DNA of 64,000 nucleotides from IMG/VR virus record IMGVR_UViG_3300041416_000287, positions 176,449 to 240,448 of that record; one strand, 5' to 3'. Shown piece by piece: positions 1 to 10,673 of this stretch (position 1 is its first letter; each line of letters starts with the position of its first letter). The notes under the pieces were generated by a model. It saw only the letters and a program-made list of their open reading frames with translations, ran no database searches and was not told where the DNA came from. The position numbers and the translations under genes were made by a program.

Positions 1-42
1 TTTTGTAAACTCTAACATTATGTATCAGGATGATACATGATA

Positions 43-1350
43 TTAACCGATGAATCGGTTCCCTTTGGCTGCATTTTCATGTTTCCATAATGGTTGAGTA
101 TTCGTCCAATGCAATCTAGCCACGATATCCTCCAATGTGGGATTCTCATACATAATTGGAATAATATGATCGATTTCCCACTCTCCATAATTGGCCCAAC
201 TCATTCCTTCTTTGAACAGAGAGGTTATATGGGTTCGAAATTCTTCAATTGTACATCCAAGATACTCTATAGTCTTCGTATATTTATTCGCTTTTAGTGC
301 ATTCTGAACTCGTGCCCTTACAATATGTAATAAATGACCGTTTGGACAACAAGTACGACATCGTGTTCTTCTACATTTATGTCCACAAATCGAGCCACCT
401 TCGCAATCTTTGCAAAGATGTCGAAGTTTCTCATGTTCACAGATTGACCCTCCATGACATCGTCGACATCTTGTTCTGATATTGTTGTGTTCACAAATAG
501 ATGCTCCGTGGCATTCTCTACAAGTATAACGTACATGATCGTGTTCACAGATTGCCCCTCCTTTGCAATCTCTACAATAAACCCTTAATCGATCATGTTC
601 ACAAATGGATCCGCCACCGCAATCACGACATCGTGTCCGAATACGATTATGCTCACAAACAGCCGTTCCTCCACATTCCTTGCAAACATAACGCAAACGG
701 TTATGTTCGCATCGACTTCCGCCTTCACAATCTCTACATGTGGATCGAATACGATCATGTTCACAAATAGAGCCGCCCTCACAGTCTTTACAAAGATTTC
801 GTAATTTATTATGCTCACAAAAAGAACCCCCTCCACAATCTCGGCATTTAGTTCGAGGTTTACCATGTTCACAAATGGATCCACCTCCACATTCTCTGCA
901 GGCAGTGCGCATGCGGTCATGTACACATCTCCCTCCGCCGTCACAATCTCTGCATGTAGACCTAACTCGATTATGCTCGCAAATGGAACCACCTCCACAG
1001 TCTTTACAGATTGATCGGACTCGATCATGTTCACAGATTGCTCCTCCCTTGCAATCTCTGCAATATGATCGGACTCGGTTATGTTCACAGATACCCTTAC
1101 CTTTACAATCTTTACATCCGTATCGTTCACGGTTATGTTCACAAAGGCTGGCTCCTCCACAATCAGGACAGCGACATTTTCTTATCCCATGGATACACTT
1201 ATTCTTCTAGCTTAGGGCACTGGAATGTGCTCTGCAGATAGAACACATCTTACATATTTTCCCAGTATGTTCCGATAGGAACGACTTATCATCTTGAAAT
1301 TTGCTACATTTGGAACATCGTTTTAATACGTTAAGTGTGAGTTGGCTCAT
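43..1350 (-). CDS. Cys/His repeat (CEHxxxRxxCxxCxG) protein with C-terminal HNH endonuclease domain; full frame interrupted by one in-frame TAG at 1207-1209
   Basis: ORF track gives 43..912. Hand translation shows the same frame continues upstream with more CEH repeats to an ATG at 1348-1350 (MSQLTLNVLKRCSKC...SALS*KNKCIHG). C-terminus WEIDHIIP...HWTNTQPLW..EN..K is an HNH signature. Confidence 0.8.
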
Positions 1351-1413
1351 ATTTATACACATTATGACATTCAATATATTCAACTAACAAATATTCATAC
1401 ATCATAAAATATT

Positions 1414-1917
1414 ATGGCGTCCGGCTCTTTCGATTTTGTGAGTTTTGTTATTGGACTTTTGCTCGGGTTGATCATCATGTTGATTCTGATCTGGATCGCC
1501 TACTTCACAAGGTCATTCCTCTTCACATTCTGTCCGGTTCAGACTCCATCTTGTGCGGCAGGGGATTACCTGAATGATCCGGGCGATGCACTGGCCAATA
1601 ATCCCCAGCTTACGGCCTCAGATATACTATTCTTAGATTCAAACAATGAACTCTTCTATAATCGGGTTGTTCGGACAAATGATTGTAGTCCTCAAAATCC
1701 AATAGTGTTCATCGAGTTCCCACAGTACTGTAGCTTTTCTACTACTGGAGGAACCGCTGGAATCTGGAAGGAAACAGCTTTTAACTCAAACATATATAAT
1801 CCTGATGGCTTCTCGGGACCGACTATCACCACTACAGGGAGTTGTCAGCCTGTCCCTGGATCCCCTGTCGTGTCAGGAGTTCCGTTAGTCCGATGGGATG
1901 CTAATCCCATATCCTAA
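1414..1917 (+). CDS. N-terminally anchored Cys-containing membrane protein (probable virion membrane protein)
   Basis: Hydrophobic N-terminal helix, Cys-spaced soluble domain, hairpin overlapping the stop. Confidence 0.7.
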   Translation: MASGSFDFVSFVIGLLLGLIIMLILIWIAYFTRSFLFTFCPVQTPSCAAGDYLNDPGDALANNPQLTASDILFLDSNNELFYNRVVRTNDCSPQNPIVFIEFPQYCSFSTTGGTAGIWKETAFNSNIYNPDGFSGPTITTTGSCQPVPGSPVVSGVPLVRWDANPIS

Positions 1918-1940
1918 ATATCTTCCCGAAAGATATTTAG
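1914..1940. terminator. Palindromic hairpin between convergent genes
   Basis: CTAAATATCTT-cccga-AAGATATTTAG perfect stem. Confidence 0.7.
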
Positions 1941-1941
1941 T

Positions 1942-2319
1942 TCACCACCGATGGCAGCATATCATATTCCTCAACATTGACAGATGGGTACAATGACATC
2001 GGGCGCCACTGCAGCCGCCACAGCCATGGCAGCCCCCACACTTTCGACATATGCATATAACCAGAATGGCGACTCCTCCTACCACTATAGCTAAAGCGGC
2101 TATACACCCGAAGATAACCCAACCGAACGCTTGAGCTGGGAAAGGAGGGGCATCATTAGACCCACCATCACATTCATAGAGATTGTTCCCACAAGTTTGC
2201 GTATACCAGCAATCCCACTGTCCAATATACGGATTACAGGTGATTGTCCGGAGATCCAGGCCTTTCGCTAAGGCTACTAGAACTATGCAAAGTGACAATG
2301 ACCAGAGGATGTGAGCCAT
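1942..2319 (-). CDS. Small type I membrane protein with signal peptide and Cys-rich cytoplasmic tail
   Basis: Probable start MAHILWSLSLCIVLVALAKG (signal-like), TM FGWVIFGCIAALAIVVGGVAILVI, tail CICRKCGGCHGCGGC. Confidence 0.6.
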   Translation of the reverse strand: MAHILWSLSLCIVLVALAKGLDLRTITCNPYIGQWDCWYTQTCGNNLYECDGGSNDAPPFPAQAFGWVIFGCIAALAIVVGGVAILVICICRKCGGCHGCGGCSGARCHCTHLSMLRNMICCHRW

Positions 2320-2404
2320 TTGTGTTCCTATTCTACGATCACATATTAATTCATTTTCTAATTGTATATCGAATCGCGGCAGGTTTTTCATCGATATTCA
2401 AAAT

Positions 2405-3475
2405 ATGGAAGATATCGATTCGACCCCGGTCATTGCGCCGAGCCCTACGCGACCCACTAGCGAATCCAGCCTAGGGATTTCCTCCAAGAGCAGTATAATT
2501 GAGGCCAGTTCCGGATCAAAATCGGGCCCCGCAGCGCCAAGTGCGGAGTCTGTTATGGTCCCGGAAAAGAAGGAACCAGCCCCTGAAGTAGCGGCTGATA
2601 TTGTAGGCGACGAAGCTGACGATGTCGCGGCTTCAGTACTCGTTATCATTCTACAGTGTGAGACAAAAGCTTGCGATGCCAATATCGCCAATTTGAAGTG
2701 GGCATTCTCGGATCCATACTTTACAGTCCAAGTTTGTGTTGTGGATCCTCCCATGACTATAGTAACTAGCAAAACATTAACTGAAGCCCAATTCTTGGAG
2801 AATCATAATATGCGTAAGGCACTGAACTATGCGGCTGAGGGCCCTTATACGGCTAACTCTGATGGGGGAATCGAAGCCCAATCTTGGTGGACCAAGAAAC
2901 CGGTCATTATCATTAAGGATAGTAGCATAACGAACCTCACCCCGACTGGATTCAGTCGCAGTGATGTCGAGGAGGCCATCATTGGAGGAATTAAGCGACG
3001 AATCCGAACGGCTTTGGAGAAAGCAACTGGAGCCGATCTCTTCTTCCTTTGTAAGTGGAATGATGCTTGCGATAAGTATGTAGATGTACAGGGAGCTAGT
3101 GATCGGGGATCTTCTTTGAAATGGTCAATGCAGCCAACGGCTACCCAAGCCATTATGTACAGTCCCACCTGCCGTGATCATATTCGGGAAACTCTGATGA
3201 AGAACACTTTCCCCCTAAGTGACCTTCTAAATTCAGAGATCTCCCAAGGAAACTTACTCGCAACCGTCTTTGTACCGAATATCATCGATTTTGATATTGA
3301 TCTCGCCACTTCGAATGATGACTATGCTAAGTTGAATGAATGTGCTCCTGTACAGGGAGATCCCTCAAGTACTACCAACTCAACTATCGTATGGCTCATT
3401 CTGATCATAATTCTAGTCGTTCTGGTCGCTTGGGCATTGATTCAGTTTAGTTCGGCCACGGCCTCAACCATTTAA
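2405..3475 (+). CDS. C-terminally anchored protein, possible glycosyltransferase-like fold
   Basis: 356-aa ORF; IIIKDS and DLFFLCKW segments loosely recall GT25-like enzymes; C-terminal TM helix. Confidence 0.5.
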   Translation: MEDIDSTPVIAPSPTRPTSESSLGISSKSSIIEASSGSKSGPAAPSAESVMVPEKKEPAPEVAADIVGDEADDVAASVLVIILQCETKACDANIANLKWAFSDPYFTVQVCVVDPPMTIVTSKTLTEAQFLENHNMRKALNYAAEGPYTANSDGGIEAQSWWTKKPVIIIKDSSITNLTPTGFSRSDVEEAIIGGIKRRIRTALEKATGADLFFLCKWNDACDKYVDVQGASDRGSSLKWSMQPTATQAIMYSPTCRDHIRETLMKNTFPLSDLLNSEISQGNLLATVFVPNIIDFDIDLATSNDDYAKLNECAPVQGDPSSTTNSTIVWLILIIILVVLVAWALIQFSSATASTI

Positions 3476-3498
3476 TGTACCAAGAATTTGGTACATTA
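3473..3498. terminator. 3' hairpin
   Basis: TAATGTACCAA-gaat-TTGGTACATTA overlapping the stop codon. Confidence 0.7.
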
Positions 3499-3551
3499 CT
3501 CCCGGGAAGTATCAACATTAAAATATAGCCCGGTGATAAAATAACATACGT

Positions 3552-5339
3552 ATGGATGCCATGTTGAATGAAGTTCAGAAGAAAATTTACGGACAACGAA
3601 CTGAGAAGTTAGCCCCCATTGAGATCTATCGTCTCTTCCAGGTTCCAGTCAGCCCTGAATTCAATCTTGTCATCTATCGAGGTCTTCAACGCCAGGCCAT
3701 TAATCCCGATGTTACTCTCCTTCAAGCCATTCCTCGAGCTCATACCAAAGAATATCTCATTCCTATTGCCCTGTGTTTGCGGTATGAGGCCGATGCCAAC
3801 ATGTATGTAGTCGCTCCCCAACTTGGTACCATTCATATTCTAGGATATGTGTATAGCGTATTGGGCGGAAATGAACTCGTTGATGTCGATGTTCTGAATA
3901 CTATCATATTAATGTTGATTGCTCAGGGATCACGGCCATCAATGCCTATGTTTGATCCTAAAGCTGGAAAGATTCGGGCCGAGGGAGAAGTCATTCCGGC
4001 ATCTCCAACCGTAGTGGAGTGGTTGAATGAACAAGGTTATCCCACTATTCTCAACCAAATTGCGGTCGGAGATCCCAATGAACTCAGGCGAATCACCGAT
4101 GTCGAATCTTTAGTTATTCTAGCGATTCTGCTTGATAATCCGAGACTAATGGGTCGCGAATATGTTGCTTCTGATATGACACTAGCCATTCGTGCATTTA
4201 GCCCTATTGCGATGGATCGTATCCCTATCCCGACAACAAAAGTATTAATCGACTTCAAATCATTGGATGATGCCGTCAATTACCTAAATGCCGATGCCTA
4301 TGAGAAATTAATTAAGCGAGGCCAGTTACCGTCATATTTGCTGATTAATAAGATTCTATTAGGTATGCGACAATATCGCACTTTGGGCCGGATTATTGCG
4401 GCCCAGGAATTAGAGCGTATGCTCATCAGCTCTGTTTCAGTGGGAACCCAATTAGATCAAGACCAAATTAATTTAGTTAGTGCGATGGGCCGCGATATTC
4501 TCACCAATGTGATGAAGGAATATGAGCAACCGTACTGGCGTAAAGCATGCAAATCGACCCACGCTAACGCTATTGAAGTTCCCGAGCAACTGCGCCAGCT
4601 AGCCATTTCTCTAAACATTGATCCCAGTATGAGCCAAGCGGCCATTTGTGAGAATATCACCTTACTATCAAAGGCTGATAAACAAGCCCTTAAGGAAGCA
4701 GCCCAACGGCGTCAACAATTGAGAATAGCCGCTGATCTTGGAACGGTGAATGAATTTATGAACGGTCGCACTCCCACCTTAGTATGTCGGAATAAGGGAC
4801 TACTTTCTCATGATCCTATAGACTACAATGATATCGATCTAGCTTATTATCGTGATGATCAGGGGGCGGTGTGGTGTTTCGGCAGCGATTTGTTCGCCAA
4901 TTTACTAGAAAGTGGAATCAATCCTTATAACTCAGTCGTTTTGCCGGAATCCTTCAAGGTGCAATTGCGTTATCGCTTAGACGCCTTGCGACGCCTGGGA
5001 CTAAGTGGGGTGACACCTCGAGTTCCCACCACTTTCGCCCAATCTATTGATGGTCTTACGGCTAAAGATGCCATTAAGGAAACGACTAGCGCTGAGACTC
5101 TGAATAAATTCATCCAACTCGCAGTTCAACACGGTATGACCGCCGAGACTGTTCGCTCATTAACCAAAGATCGATTGATGGCGGCTCTTCGATCCATCGG
5201 ATATGATGTCGATCTGACGCCATTATCGACCCAGCACGCGTTAGTGACTGTGGCCTATATCATAACGTCCACTCAAAAGACTGATCCTGACGCGTCAGCG
5301 CCCTTCTTCGCTACATTAAGTGCCATTGCTACCCTATAG
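3552..5339 (+). CDS. Hypothetical protein, 595 aa
   Basis: Long ORF; CRN...DPID...WCF...NPYN segment loosely resembles the middle module of the 12970 and 15112 proteins. Confidence 0.75.
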   Translation: MDAMLNEVQKKIYGQRTEKLAPIEIYRLFQVPVSPEFNLVIYRGLQRQAINPDVTLLQAIPRAHTKEYLIPIALCLRYEADANMYVVAPQLGTIHILGYVYSVLGGNELVDVDVLNTIILMLIAQGSRPSMPMFDPKAGKIRAEGEVIPASPTVVEWLNEQGYPTILNQIAVGDPNELRRITDVESLVILAILLDNPRLMGREYVASDMTLAIRAFSPIAMDRIPIPTTKVLIDFKSLDDAVNYLNADAYEKLIKRGQLPSYLLINKILLGMRQYRTLGRIIAAQELERMLISSVSVGTQLDQDQINLVSAMGRDILTNVMKEYEQPYWRKACKSTHANAIEVPEQLRQLAISLNIDPSMSQAAICENITLLSKADKQALKEAAQRRQQLRIAADLGTVNEFMNGRTPTLVCRNKGLLSHDPIDYNDIDLAYYRDDQGAVWCFGSDLFANLLESGINPYNSVVLPESFKVQLRYRLDALRRLGLSGVTPRVPTTFAQSIDGLTAKDAIKETTSAETLNKFIQLAVQHGMTAETVRSLTKDRLMAALRSIGYDVDLTPLSTQHALVTVAYIITSTQKTDPDASAPFFATLSAIATL

Positions 5340-5365
5340 GACACATTTCTAATATCACACATGCA

Positions 5366-5396
5366 AATGATATAATATTCGCAATATTATATCATT
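5366..5396. terminator. 3' hairpin
   Basis: AATGATATAATATT-cgc-AATATTATATCATT. Confidence 0.75.
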
Positions 5397-5418
5397 CTCT
5401 CAAAGCAACACCAAAAGC

Positions 5419-6048
5419 ATGAGTGAATTCTTCGAATACGGACTCACTCCTCCAGTGCAACGAAAGAACCCGGATCCCTATGTGGAAGACCAGCTGCCAG
5501 CTAAGGAATGGTTGAATTTTGGTCTCTATGAGGCTGCTTCCCGTGGCCATACTGATCTTATGGAATTTCTGATGCCTCAGGGGACTGATCCCAATCAGGC
5601 ACTCTTAGGAGCTTGTGCTGGGGGCAAATTGGCGGCCGCGAAATTGGCCATCGCCCATGGAGCTAATGCTTTCAACGAAGGGCTCTATAAAGCCAGCCGG
5701 GGCGGATATCCTGGATTAGTTAGTTTGATGTATGATCGCGGAGCCACTAATGCCAATCGCAGTCTCCGCGGGGCGGCTTTCATCGGAGATATTGCTATTA
5801 TGGAGGATGCTATTGTCCACCATGCTAATGATTGGAATGGCGGGTTATATGAAGCTTGTTATGGCGGATCTCTGGAGGCGGTCAATCTGATGCTAAATTA
5901 CGGAGCTAAGGGTTATGTGTGGGGTCTATACGGAGCTTGTAATGGAAATCATCCTGAATTAATGCGACTCATGATTCAGAAAGGAGCGACTGTGTGTCCA
6001 TGTGGTTATCCCCTCACTGAACATCCGGCCCTATCCGCCAAGTTATAA
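5419..6048 (+). CDS. Ankyrin-repeat protein
   Basis: Repeated N.GLY.A..GG...LV.LM...GA units typical of giant-virus ankyrin repeats. Confidence 0.85.
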   Translation: MSEFFEYGLTPPVQRKNPDPYVEDQLPAKEWLNFGLYEAASRGHTDLMEFLMPQGTDPNQALLGACAGGKLAAAKLAIAHGANAFNEGLYKASRGGYPGLVSLMYDRGATNANRSLRGAAFIGDIAIMEDAIVHHANDWNGGLYEACYGGSLEAVNLMLNYGAKGYVWGLYGACNGNHPELMRLMIQKGATVCPCGYPLTEHPALSAKL

Positions 6049-6130
6049 ATATATCTACTGTAGATATATTCCTTCATAAGACCTTAAGTATAGGTTAATT
6101 TAATTTCGGACAATCTCACCATAGATTTGA

Positions 6131-6442
6131 ATGATTATATCTTGGACAGTATATCACCAAATGAGCTCGGTCACTGCCGAAGATTATTGTCAGTTTCTTT
6201 TATCTTCAGAGGTAGAGAAGCAACAACATCGTCATTTCGTGTTATATAGTGCATTTGATAAGATGAACATTACGCCCGAAAATTTCGGTACTCATGAGAA
6301 TTTTATTATTAGCTCGGAACCTAAGTCGGGGCGACCTTATTCAGATGATGATTTTCTCAAGTTTAAGACTCTATCTGATGAAGAGAAACGACGACACCCT
6401 AATTATGTATTATATTTGGCCTTCATGCGTGCGGGCAGATAA
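6131..6442 (+). CDS. Hypothetical protein with internal duplication (start may be 6161)
   Basis: HRHFVLYSAF / HPNYVLYLAF repeat; hairpin at 6442-6464. Confidence 0.55.
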   Translation: MIISWTVYHQMSSVTAEDYCQFLLSSEVEKQQHRHFVLYSAFDKMNITPENFGTHENFIISSEPKSGRPYSDDDFLKFKTLSDEEKRRHPNYVLYLAFMRAGR

Positions 6443-6519
6443 ATATATCTCACAGAGATATATTCAACGACTAACATATCTTCGACAACAAATGCATCAA
6501 TGACTAGCCTGACAGCAAG

Positions 6520-9108
6520 TTAGTGACTTGCTGTTTGGCGCCACCAGCCCAACTTTAGCGTGCTCATGGTGCTATGCATGAGATCGGAGACGCGGCGAAC
6601 GATAGTTTCTCGACTTGAGTCGATAATTTTGGAGAAGGCATCCTTAGCTTCTTCTTCCGTCTGACCGAGCAAGAAACGGATGGTGATAAATTGTTCTATG
6701 AATTTAGGCGTGAAGTTATATCCTTTGATCGGTGGTTGAATCGAAGCCAATCGCAACAAACACGAACAGATGAAGTTAAAGTGACGCCGTAAGCAGCAAT
6801 AAATCTCGCAGCAGCGTTCTTTGAAGGGTTCATACATCTCATCACCACCCAATCCTTCAATCAGGTTCTTGTCGAGACGTACGAAACTAGCGGTAGTGTC
6901 AGCGCCAAACACGAAGCCATAGTCAATGTGGAAGAGAATTCCATCACTACGAATCATTATATTATCTAAGTGACGATCTCCGACTCCGAGTACATAAGTT
7001 ACCACGGTCCAAAAAGCCAAACTGGCTGAATAATTTGAGCTCACCTCACTCACGCGTCGGTTGACATTAGATCGGTACAGATAATTAGAAATAGTCCCTC
7101 GCGCCAGAATCTCGGTTAATGTTTGCGCATTCTGAACGATCTCGATAAATCCGGCATTTACGGAGATAGGCATGACTCGATAAGTTGCTAAGAAAGTATT
7201 CTCGATCACCGGAACCATATCGACCGAACCGATACTGGAGTCAGATCGACACGATCGAACTAAATCGGATGCGAGTGAATTGCTTAATGGACTTTGCCCC
7301 AGCGGATCATCCCCCGACTTAACAAAGGCATCAATAGAAGCAGTGGAGGACCCTGATTGCATTAATGCCAAGACTGATGATTCGGTAACCGGTGATGATG
7401 GCGGTGGGGGAGGCGGCGGGAACCGGTCAATAATTGGTGACACAGAGGATGAAGGTTGCGGAAGTGTCGATGGAATGAAACCAGGTAATGACAGGTGTGA
7501 AGGTAATGAACCAACTCCTTTAAGCGAATTAGGTGATGAAATGGGGGAGTCTCGTGTGAACCAAGGAGCCGAATCGCGCCGGCTCCGGCTAATCGTGATT
7601 GGGTCGGAGGCTGCGGGCAGGAAACTCGCCTCTTCACTAACTTCAAAGATATCAGCACAAAGATAATACATCAATCGAATCAGGGCGACCACATGCGCAT
7701 CTTTACGAACATCCTCTTGTTTATAGAGGAAGGCTCGCTTGCCTCCATCCGAGTAATATTTCACGATGATTGGACGAGTGGCAGAGTGTTTCACAATAAT
7801 ATCGGTGTCAAATTTATTAATTAGACCGAATGGTCCCATGAAGGGAACCTGCAGTGATTGCAATTGTTGTGACAAACTATACAGCGTCGTGTAACCTTCC
7901 AACATAGAAATCAATCGAATCGATTCCTGCACCGACAGAGCCTGATCCTGATTAGCTAGCATGAGCTTATTCTTGAAGACATCCATGGCTAATCCCTGAT
8001 TAATACGACTCAACCAAAAGAAATCAAGGAAAAGATCGGGCCGCTGTAAGATGAACTCTTGAACCGATGAATCTTCCATGGGAAGAAATAGGGCCACATC
8101 AGACGGAAAAGTAGTTTGACCTAGAAGCCGAAGAGCTAACGACTGAACCTCCGGATTATAGAGAGGCGTATTTAGGATAATTACAGCATCAAAGGCTGAC
8201 AACCCTTCCGTGCAATTACGATCGCACATCATCTCGTAGCAAGGACTGATACGGATCCCATCGGTTTTAACTAGGCCCATCTTCAGAGCTTGAAGTAACC
8301 ATTTACTATGCCCCTGTATCCAAGGAAGATTCGATCGAAGAGATCGTTGATCTCGGTCGGAAAGTGGACTTGATGGAAGTAAATATTGAATGTCCCTAAT
8401 ATTGGAGAGATAAATGCGCATGGCTTCTCTCCAGTCTCGAGTCAGAGTAGCAGCCCTCACACAGAGCCCAAAGGGAAATGCCACAATCTCAAAATAACGA
8501 ACTAAGTTTTCAACTCTTCGGAAACTTTCGATCATATCATGGCAAGATTGACAGACTCGCTGCGCTTTCCCAGGAATAACCCAACTATCTATGTTAATAT
8601 AACTGACCAGATCTAATGGGATCGAGTCCCGCCATTGGGAGCAATTATAGCAGAAGATGCGCCCGCATGCACGGCAATGATGTTTTCGACTGAATGTCCC
8701 AAAATCGGTGGAACAATTATAACATTGAGTCACCGTACTGTCGTGGATCGGACGATGAATCTTCTTCCGTCGTAGCGATCTCATGATACCCAACGATGAT
8801 TGCATTCCCCGAGCTGAATCATCCATAAAGACGGAGCTCGACATATCGACCGGATTAATTGTGTCTTCCTCTGACCACACTCTCAAATCGACCATACCAG
8901 CTAACTCGTCATTCGTGAAATCGCAAATTAGTTGGAATTTACTTCTAGCCTCCTCCGCATCCTGAGACTTTTGCATAATCTGGTGATGTCGAGGAATTTG
9001 TTTCTGGAGTAATTCAGTAAGTCCCTCTTTATGAGCCACGAGGATAATATCGATAGGATTCGCAGTATTTGGTAAGACTCCCGATTTTAACGCTGTAGCT
9101 AGATCCAT
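6520..9108 (-). CDS. FYVE-domain phosphatidylinositol 3/4-kinase
   Basis: FYVE: CYNC...RKHHCRACGRIFC..C...RVC..C. Kinase: SATRP, YKQEDVRKD, LGVGDRHLDNIM, FHIDYGF. Confidence 0.92.
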   Translation of the reverse strand: MDLATALKSGVLPNTANPIDIILVAHKEGLTELLQKQIPRHHQIMQKSQDAEEARSKFQLICDFTNDELAGMVDLRVWSEEDTINPVDMSSSVFMDDSARGMQSSLGIMRSLRRKKIHRPIHDSTVTQCYNCSTDFGTFSRKHHCRACGRIFCYNCSQWRDSIPLDLVSYINIDSWVIPGKAQRVCQSCHDMIESFRRVENLVRYFEIVAFPFGLCVRAATLTRDWREAMRIYLSNIRDIQYLLPSSPLSDRDQRSLRSNLPWIQGHSKWLLQALKMGLVKTDGIRISPCYEMMCDRNCTEGLSAFDAVIILNTPLYNPEVQSLALRLLGQTTFPSDVALFLPMEDSSVQEFILQRPDLFLDFFWLSRINQGLAMDVFKNKLMLANQDQALSVQESIRLISMLEGYTTLYSLSQQLQSLQVPFMGPFGLINKFDTDIIVKHSATRPIIVKYYSDGGKRAFLYKQEDVRKDAHVVALIRLMYYLCADIFEVSEEASFLPAASDPITISRSRRDSAPWFTRDSPISSPNSLKGVGSLPSHLSLPGFIPSTLPQPSSSVSPIIDRFPPPPPPPSSPVTESSVLALMQSGSSTASIDAFVKSGDDPLGQSPLSNSLASDLVRSCRSDSSIGSVDMVPVIENTFLATYRVMPISVNAGFIEIVQNAQTLTEILARGTISNYLYRSNVNRRVSEVSSNYSASLAFWTVVTYVLGVGDRHLDNIMIRSDGILFHIDYGFVFGADTTASFVRLDKNLIEGLGGDEMYEPFKERCCEIYCCLRRHFNFICSCLLRLASIQPPIKGYNFTPKFIEQFITIRFLLGQTEEEAKDAFSKIIDSSRETIVRRVSDLMHSTMSTLKLGWWRQTASH

Positions 9109-9340
9109 TTCCTTTTATCGACTCGGTAAGAATTTACCGATTTTGGGATCATTCTCGATCAATTACTATGTTATATTATGGTCGGAGTTAACACACTAGG
9201 GATGATGCCTTTCCTCATATATATATCCATTGAATCATTAGCCTTAGTCCTGAGATCACAATGACCACGACATAGGATTGATTGATTTAACCTAAGCTAT
9301 AGTCAAAGTTAATTAGACCCTAAATACATCTTTGTCAACT

Positions 9341-10519
9341 ATGTCAATGAATCCTGGAGCCATGGTGATCCGATTGATCATCGATCAGATCGAGGAGGGC
9401 GATACTGATGGCATTATAAATAACTTGGCCCTATTACCTTTGGGTATAATTTCGAAGGAACATGCCGAATTGATGCTTTCATGGTTCTTGAAGAGAGCAG
9501 CCGAGTGTGAGCAGGCAGAGGTGGCCCGAGTCGTGTTAACAGCCTTTGAGGTGGCTCGAGCCCAACGGGAACCGCTTCCGGCGATTGTGAACATATTCCT
9601 GAATGCACATCTCAGTCGGGAAGTTCTCACCTTCGTGCTCGAAGCCTTTCCCGAGAAAGCACCAATTGACTTCTTTGTCGACCTCGTGAATATGGGCGAT
9701 GACGCCGGAGCTTTGAAAGTGGCTGGGATTTTGAGCACTTTCTTGACTGAACTGAGCGGTGAGGACTGGGCCCTGTTGGTGAAACTCACTGACGATGTGG
9801 AGGAGGAAGAGTATGAAAATCAACTCCTTCGTGCCTATTTTCAGACAAAGGCCGCTGAGACGGGATCCGTGGGCAGACGTCCAGATTGGATTCGGGCTGA
9901 GTTGGCAGAACCAAAGCTCACTCCAGTGCCACCTGACATACCGACCGTGGCCGAAGCCGTAGATTTACTCCTAGCTGGTCTGATCAAGAAAGGAATTCGT
10001 ATCGTTCCTGAAAAGACGAATCAAGAGCACAACCTCAAAGAACTTCTCATTCTACAGTATTCCTTGGCCCCAATTCAGGAGAAGATTCGAATGCTCACGG
10101 AATTGAAGCCTTTACCTCCCTTTGATGACACGACTCTATTCCAAGAATTTGGGCCAGTGAATACTATCTACTCGCCCAGTTCATCATTGGGCGATCCGAC
10201 ACACGAGTGTGTGAAGTACGGCGGTTGCCGCATGCTCCTGTGCAAAGAATTCGAGAGCGTGGATGTGAACGGAGATGATGTTGATGTTATGGCCGATGAA
10301 GTTCACATTCACGATTGGTTCCGGGGCTCTTGTGACCACTGTCTGAAGAAGATTGCTCGCCGCAATTACGCAGTGCGTCTACCATTGTGCCATGGAGGAT
10401 GGCAAGGCTGTTTCTGCTCACTTGAGTGCCTACGGGAAATCGTCGACTACCATGAGGAACTGATGATGTCATTTATGGAAACACAACTCACCACCATTGG
10501 CATCCGGGAGCGGGAGTAG
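9341..10519 (+). CDS. Hypothetical protein with C-terminal zinc finger
   Basis: CVKYGGCRMLLC and CDHC...GGWQGCFCSLEC; first ATG at 9341. Confidence 0.75.
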   Translation: MSMNPGAMVIRLIIDQIEEGDTDGIINNLALLPLGIISKEHAELMLSWFLKRAAECEQAEVARVVLTAFEVARAQREPLPAIVNIFLNAHLSREVLTFVLEAFPEKAPIDFFVDLVNMGDDAGALKVAGILSTFLTELSGEDWALLVKLTDDVEEEEYENQLLRAYFQTKAAETGSVGRRPDWIRAELAEPKLTPVPPDIPTVAEAVDLLLAGLIKKGIRIVPEKTNQEHNLKELLILQYSLAPIQEKIRMLTELKPLPPFDDTTLFQEFGPVNTIYSPSSSLGDPTHECVKYGGCRMLLCKEFESVDVNGDDVDVMADEVHIHDWFRGSCDHCLKKIARRNYAVRLPLCHGGWQGCFCSLECLREIVDYHEELMMSFMETQLTTIGIRERE

Positions 10520-10673
10520 TGTAAGTAGCGGGAGTAATTAAAAAACATGTATCTGTGATATATGTTTATCCCCCTGAGGAGGGAGGAACGTGCGCGAAGT
10601 TGTCACAATTGTTTATATTATTCATAACCGAGCGGGTCCCTTTGTCACGCAAGCAACCCAACTCAATTATTCC

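Noticed and set aside
1207-1209. Genome-wide TAG reassignment or an amber suppressor tRNA
   Set aside because: TAG ends several apparently complete genes (5339, 10519, 18747, 36236, 46527, 56615), mostly right beside terminator hairpins; none of the three tRNAs has a CTA anticodon
585-1241. Alternative-frame and antisense ORFs over the CEH repeats
   Set aside because: Shadows of the periodic repeat; the real frame is the extension of 43..912
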